This document shows positions 35,809-42,217 of a stretch of 42,217 nucleotides of DNA, one piece after another. Position 1 is the first letter of the stretch. Every line of letters starts with the position of its first letter. Origin of the DNA: Octopus sinensis (taxonomy: Eukaryota); contig NW_021835133.1 in NCBI RefSeq assembly GCF_006345805.1, positions 1 through 42,217 on the forward strand, in the 5' to 3' direction. The notes under the pieces were generated by a model. The model was not told the origin of the DNA. It saw only the letters and a list, made by a program, of their open reading frames with translations, and ran no database searches. The position numbers were made by a program, and so were the translations under genes.

Positions 35809-37917
35809 ATGGAACTTTACCCGCTGGATTTTTCTCAGAAAAATATACCTATCCCTGCACGGAAACAATATCTCAAAGGTCTTATAGAGAAAACGGAAGT
35901 GTTTATTCGAAGATTGAGATGGAAAGCCTTCTTTTTTGATAATAAACAGAAAATAGAAGGAAACAAATATGGATTTAAATCTCCCAGAAACCCGCCACCG
36001 ATTCCGGAATTAGAAGCCTTCGAGAAAGACCTTTTCGAGCTTATTAGGAAAATGAAATTCCGCAAATATACCAACCAATTGCAGAGAAATATGAGAGAAA
36101 AAATTAAGGAGATTAACGACTCGATTAAGATTTTCGTTAATTCTGATAAGACAAGGAACTTATATGCACTTGATAAGGACTTTTAAGCGCTGATTTCGAA
36201 TAGTGTCACGGACACATACAAAAAGACAACACGAATATATACAAAGAGGTGAACTTAGAAGCAAGAGGAATAGCTAACGATCTTAAGATTAGCGATAGGA
36301 TTGAATATCTTTCACCGCGACCAGCTTTATTACCTGAAAGACCATAAAGCCAATTTAGTAGTAGAAACTCCAAATGTAGATTGATAAATCGGCTAAAACT
36401 GAGATAGGAATTATTAGCAAAAATATTTTGACCGTATTTTAGTTAAGTTAGATAGTGAAGTAGCTTGAGAATTTGGAAGAATAGTAAGTCAGTATAGAGT
36501 GTTTTAAGGTATAGCTATAAGAATAATTGTAGTTTAACACAATTCGACATTATTGACTTTTACCCGTCAATATCTAGGACGTTGCTCCTAAGGGCATTGG
36601 CTTCGCAAGCAGTATGTCAACATCGATAGCTCGGAAATTGATATTATTATGCATGCGAGGAGGAAGAAATCGCTTCTTTTTTTCGAGGATTCCACTGGAT
36701 TAAGAAGACTGAGGATTCTCTTTTCGATGTACCGATGGGGGCATACGACGGGGCTGAGTTATGTATGCTCATAGAGCCTTTATTCTCCATAATCTAAAAA
36801 TAGAATTCCCATTTATAGATGCAGGTTTATATAGGGATGACGGCCTTATAGCCACGCATAATCTAAACGGCCATTAATCAGATAGACTTAGGAAGGACCT
36901 CATAGCTTTCTTTCAAAGGATGGCTTATGGGTTACGATAGATGCTAACCTGAATAGTGTAGATTTTTTAGACGTAAATTTTAATGTAAGATCGGATAGAT
37001 TTAAACCTTTCCGTAAGTCCAAATGAAAAGCTATCGTATATTAGCAAAGATTCGAACCATCCACCAGTTATCCTTAGGAACTTAGTCAGCAATGGGTAGA
37101 AGAATATCTTCAATTTCTTCGGACGAGGCAGCATTCAATAATGCTGCACCTTATTACGATAGCGCATTAGAGAATAGTGGATTCTCTGAGAAGATCCAGT
37201 TCAACCAGCTTAATGCTGATAATAATGCTGCACGAAGAGAACTAGGACCAGGAAAGTTTTGTGGTTCAACCCGGCTTTCAATTTGCCGTAAAGACTAATA
37301 TAGGTAAGGAATTTTTGAGATAGTCTCTAAGCATTTTAAGCAGGGTCATAAATTCTATAGGATATTTAACAGAAGAACCCTGAAGGTTAGCTATTCTTGC
37401 AGCAGAAATTTCGCCTCTTACATTAGCCAACATAATAGGAAGCTAATTGAGATTAGACATGGTGCCGAGCCCAATAATAAATGTAATTTCAAAAACGAAA
37501 GCTCCTGTCCGTTATAAGGGAATGTCTGGTGGAAGGAGTTAGTTTATAGAGCCAAGGTGCAAGTGGAAGGCTCATCGGAATACAAGACATACGCAGGGGC
37601 TTCAGAAAATTAATTAAAACAAGATTTTATTCTCATAAAAATTCATTTAAATACCCAGAGAATAGGGAAGAAAACCAGCCTAGCAAAAATATGTCTGGGA
37701 ACTAAAAGAAAAGGAAGCCCCACCTTTCAACGGACATGGAGCATTCTGGACAGGGCGGCACATACAGGCATGGAGCATACAAAAATAATTTCAAGTGCAA
37801 GCTTTGTCTATTAGAAAAAATGTACATCTTATTCAAAGACAATAATTCTTTGAATCAAGAAGTGAGCTAATGAATTATGTAGGCACGCGCGCGGCTAAAT
37901 TAAAATGTCGAATATAA
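35809..37917 (+). pseudogene. Penelope-like element ORF (RT plus GIY-YIG), near full length, frameshifted
   Basis: N-terminal FSQKNIPIP..FIRRLRWKAFFF; RT motifs QFDIIDFYPSI, FDVPMGAYDGAELC, GLYRDDGL, VDFLDV and SNHPP; Cys linker; YRAKV..YAGASE..LAK..W.LK..CKLCLLEK..SELM. Confidence 0.9.
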
Positions 37918-39131
37918 ATATACCATATGGATAGAGTATATATTTTGTATTTTGATTTTGATTTGACTCTTGAACGATGAGCGCTACGATGGATTTTGTT
38001 TCCAAGCTATGCGGATCTTAATCCGTATAGCAAAGTCTTATGTTCTACATATATTAGGAAAAACCTCCAACTTTGTTTTCATGTTTTGTATTGTATAGGA
38101 TTACCTTGATTATTTATATTACTTGATTATTTATAAATGACCCAAAATAGGATGTTATATTTTATTTTATGTCTTTCGTATATATTTTTATTAATGCACC
38201 CTTTTTTTTTAAAAAAGCAATGTTTTTTTAAAAAAAGCAATGTGTCAAAATTAGAATGTTGATATAAGTATGTGTATAGCAAAGCCTATGTATTTGTAAG
38301 CATGCGTATCTGTGTAGTGTAAGTGAAAGTATGTTTGTGCTTAAGCACACATATACACGACTGTAGTATGTATCCATTCAAATTGGGTATGTATACTTGT
38401 CTCCATATATGCCAATAATGCCGTTACACTGCTTGTATACAATTTTTTCTTATTTGTTTTTTCCCCACACCTCCTTCGTTCCTTTTTCTCTCTCTCCCTT
38501 TCTTTCGTCCCCCCCCCTTACTCAGTATATGAGAATCGCTACATAGATCATTTTTAACTTGCGTTCGAGATGGTTTGCGTGAATATATGTACACATGCTT
38601 TTATGTGTATATTTAGATTTATATTCATACGTCTGTATATGTATGGCGTTTGCGCGCATAATTTTGTGTATGTTGATATATATATGTAGATTTAATATAA
38701 TATGTATTGCAGTGTAATATTTATAACAGGTTCAATTCTATGCATTAATTTGCACTTTCTTCATTAACGTCAATATGTATTTTATTCAATATAAGGTTTT
38801 TTCCTCGGATTTTATAATTTTTATAAGTTTTTATATATATATACATATATTTTTGACCTTTTTGTTTATCGCTCGAAGATTGACCGTTTTTTTTCTAAAG
38901 GGCCAAAACAAGTCCATTTCTTTTTAAAGGTGTAGCGTTTGTAAGAGTATAGATTGAATGATATATCGGTTCCATTCTAGCAAAAACTGTCTGATGAACG
39001 GCAACGAGAAAACTCAGAGTAACAGATTTTGTTGAATTTTCTGCTGCTTAAAATAAAGCATATTACTCTACCACTGGTATTTGAGTACTCTTTTTCCACC
39101 TTGTATCACATTTATGTGTTTACTCCGGTAA
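37918..39131 (+). mobile_element. Probable 3' UTR/pLTR of the Penelope-like element
   Basis: Follows the PLE ORF; contains a hammerhead motif and AATAAA (about 39052) and ends at a (TA)n array. Confidence 0.55.
38981..39031 (+). ncRNA. Type I hammerhead ribozyme (slightly degenerate)
   Basis: Stem I CAAAAACUGU/ACAGAUUUUG (9 of 10 pairs); core CUGAUGA; stem II (A)CG-GCAA-CG(A) with a GNRA loop; GAAA(A); stem III CU-CAG-AG; GUA cleavage triplet at 39019-39021. Confidence 0.72.
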
Positions 39132-39212
39132 TATATATATATATATATCTATAATATCTATTATATTATATATCTATATATATATATAATATCTATATAT
39201 ATATATAATATA

Positions 39213-39307
<95 letters not shown>

Positions 39308-39372
39308 GTGTATATAATATATATATATATATATATTAATATATATATATATGATATATTTATATATGTATA

Positions 39373-39462
<90 letters not shown>

Positions 39463-40069
39463 TATATATATATATATATATGTGTATATATATTGTTATA
39501 TTATATATATTATATATATATGTGTATAATATATGTGTATATATATTATGATATATATATATATATATATATGTGTGTATATATATATTGTATATATATA
39601 TATTGTATATATATATATATATATGTGTATGTAAATATATATAATATATATAATATGTGTATATATATATATATATATTATGTAATATATTATATATATG
39701 TGATATATATATATATAATATATATATGTGTATGTAATATTATATATATATATATGTATTATATATATAATAATATATATTATAGGTATGTGTGTGTATA
39801 TATATATATATATCTATATATATGTGTATATAGATATATATATATATGGGTATATATATATATATTGTGCATATATATATATATATATAATATGTGTATT
39901 ATTTATATATATATGTATATATTATATAGATATATATATATATATATATGTGTATATATAATATATATATATATATGTGTATATAATATATAATATGATG
40001 GATTATATATATATATGTGTATATATATTATATATATGGTAGCTATATATATATATATTATATATATAT

Positions 40070-40127
<58 letters not shown>

Positions 40128-40215
40128 GGTGTATATATATATATATTATATTATATATATATATATTATATATATATATATATATAATATATATATACAT
40201 ATATATATATACGCA
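39132..40215. repeat. About 1.1-kb interrupted (TA)n array
   Basis: Directly visible. Confidence 0.95.
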
Positions 40216-40382
40216 AGCTCATATGCACAGACACATATGCACATATGCATATGGATATATACACACGCACATACATGAAGTTTAGTTTCTGTTCAGCATT
40301 TGGAAAACCTGACGGAGCTCAACCGGTGAATTGAAATTTCTTAGGGAAGGAGTGTAGTGTGTGTGTGTGTGTGTGTGTGTAA

Positions 40383-40475
40383 TCGATTCTTGTATAGACT
40401 GGTACTTTATTTATCGACCAATGAAGACTGAAAGACAAAGTTGAACTCAGCAGATTTAGAACTCAGACGCACGGT
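40383..40475 (-). mobile_element. SINE family A core fragment
   Basis: Reverse complement of CTGAGTT..AAAT..GAG.TC.ACTTTG.CTTTCA..GGTCGATAAATAAAGTACCAG. Confidence 0.65.
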
Positions 40476-40489
40476 ATCGGAATTAAAGA

Positions 40490-40667
40490 AATAGGTATTC
40501 GTCTGTCTGTCTTTACGTTCTGAGTTGAATTCCGCCGAGGTTCGACTTTGCTTTTCAACTTTTCTGGGTCGATAAATTACGTATCAATGCGTACAGGGGT
40601 CGAGCTAATCGACTGCCCTCCCCCATCCCCAAATTTCGGTCATTTGTGCCTATAGTTACAAAGAATA
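40490..40667 (+). mobile_element. SINE family A, 5'-truncated
   Basis: TTACGTTCTGAGTTGAATTCCGCCGAGG.TCGACTTTGC..GGGTCGATAAATTA. Confidence 0.75.
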
Positions 40668-40829
40668 GATATGATTATGTGTATATGTATTTATGTGTGT
40701 GAGTATATATAAAGGTGAAGTTGCTACGATCCTTGGGCGATAACTAAAGACGATTTAATGATATTCTGTGTGTATTTCAGTTTGTTCCGTTTGCAGTTCA
40801 ATATATTTTATGAACACAGACACACACAT

Positions 40830-41236
40830 AGGCGTCGGAGTGGTTGTGTGGTAAGTAGCTTGCTTACCAACCACATGGTTCCGGGTCCAATCCCACTGCG
40901 TGGCACCTTTGGCAGGTGTCTTCTGCTATAGCCTCGGGCTGACCAAAGCTTTGTGAATGGGTTTGGTAGACGGAAACTGAAAGAAGCCCGTCGTATATAT
41001 GTATATACATACATGTATGTATGTGTATATGTTTGTGTGTCTGTGTTTGTCCCTCCCCCCAGCATCGCGTGACAACCGATGCTGGTGTGTTTACGTCCCC
41101 GTAACTTAGCTGTTCGGTAAAGGAGACCGATAGAATAAGTACTAGGCTTACAAAGTATAAGTCTTGGTGTTGATTTGCTCGACTAAAGGCGGTGCTCCTG
41201 CATGGCCACAGCCAAATGACTGAAACAAGTAAAAGA
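40830..41236 (+). mobile_element. SINE family B, full length
   Basis: Head AGGCGTCGGAGTGGTTGTGTGGTAAG, B-box-like GGGTCCAATCCC, and the family B body and tail. Confidence 0.9.
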
Positions 41237-41297
<61 letters not shown>

Positions 41298-41309
41298 TGT
41301 ATGTGTATT

Positions 41310-42170
41310 ATAAACTGTTATAATGTACTTGCCAGCTCCCTCCAAGATGTATGTAGAACCTTTTATAACTGTGAATGGTCAAAGGTTGGAGATTGTACCA
41401 GATTCATTTATTTAGTAAGTACCTTGAGCACTGCTGGTCTTGATGATGAAATTTCATACAGAATTCAGCAGGGTTAGTAGTGCTTTAGGTAGGCTTGATA
41501 GGCGTCTGTGGAAATTACATAATATATCTTCACAAATTAAAGTTAAGTTATATAACACATGCATCCTCCCATCTTTGCTATATGTATGTGAGGCATGAGT
41601 TGTTTACCGTAGGCAGGTAAGGTAATTGAACGATTTCATCAATAACTTGGAAAAACTTGGGGGATAAACTGGAAAGTGGCCAATAGTAATGTGGAGGTGC
41701 TTGAGAGGAGTGGCAGTAGAAGTATAGAGTCAATGATTTTGCAAAGACGTTTGATGTGGGGGGGAAGGCATTTGGTAAGGATGAGTGATGAACGACTGCC
41801 CAAGCAGCTATTGTATGGTGAACTGGAAGATGGCAGGAGACCAGCACATAAGCCTAAACTAAGGTTTAAGGATTGCCTTAAAAATGCTCTAATACAGAGA
41901 GGAAGTGCAGCTGATAATTGGGGGAGGGAGGCACAAGACCGTGATGGACGGAGGAAGATAGTGCATGATGGTTGTTCAAGGTTTGAGAGGGAGAGAGTGA
42001 AGTATGGGAGAATTAGGAGGGGGGTCTTAGAAGGGGGTCTGGGGAAAGTGAGAGTGTTTGCTTTTATGTGTGTGGTTGTGGGCGGAGGTGTTTGAGTCGT
42101 GCAGGCCTGGTGAGCCATCAAAATTCTCATAGAAATCGACCCATGATAAACAATGACGTGGCTATTAAAA
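41310..42170 (+). mobile_element. RTE (BovB-like) LINE 3' portion, degraded
   Basis: F.YL.STLS..LDDEISYRI..KVKLYNTCILPSLLY.CE..RRLMWGGRHLVRMSDERLPKQLLYGEL..RRP..KPKLRFKDCLK; C-terminal CGCGRRCLSRAGLVSHQNSH. Confidence 0.88.
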
Positions 42171-42217
42171 TTCGTAACAGAACATTGTAAAATGAGGAAG
42201 GGTGTGCCTCTCATTTG

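Overview
Repeat-dense, AT-rich eukaryotic DNA. The SINE families, microsatellite load and transposon mix resemble an octopus (coleoid cephalopod) genome, which is recognition and not a database match. No intact host protein-coding gene can be supported: almost all long ORFs in the track are translated microsatellites, and the protein-like ones are decayed transposon ORFs. Retroelements: three Penelope-like (PLE) regions, CR1-like, RTE/RTE-X and R4/Dong-like LINE 3' ends, and at least four SINE families. DNA elements: mariner, Tc1 and maT copies, two Helitron-like non-autonomous families, a Merlin-like MITE carrying telomere-like TTAGGG repeats, and a 334-bp fold-back element. The most interesting signals are (i) four to five minimal type I hammerhead-ribozyme motifs of the PLE/retrozyme kind, each with core mutations, one in the 3' end of a near full-length PLE; (ii) a PLE whose RT half is inverted against its GIY-YIG half in twin-priming geometry; and (iii) a cluster of potential long dsRNA structures at 7.5-9.3 kb. 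Coordinates of degraded fragments are approximate (about +/-20 bp). TIR, TSD and ribozyme coordinates were counted by hand.
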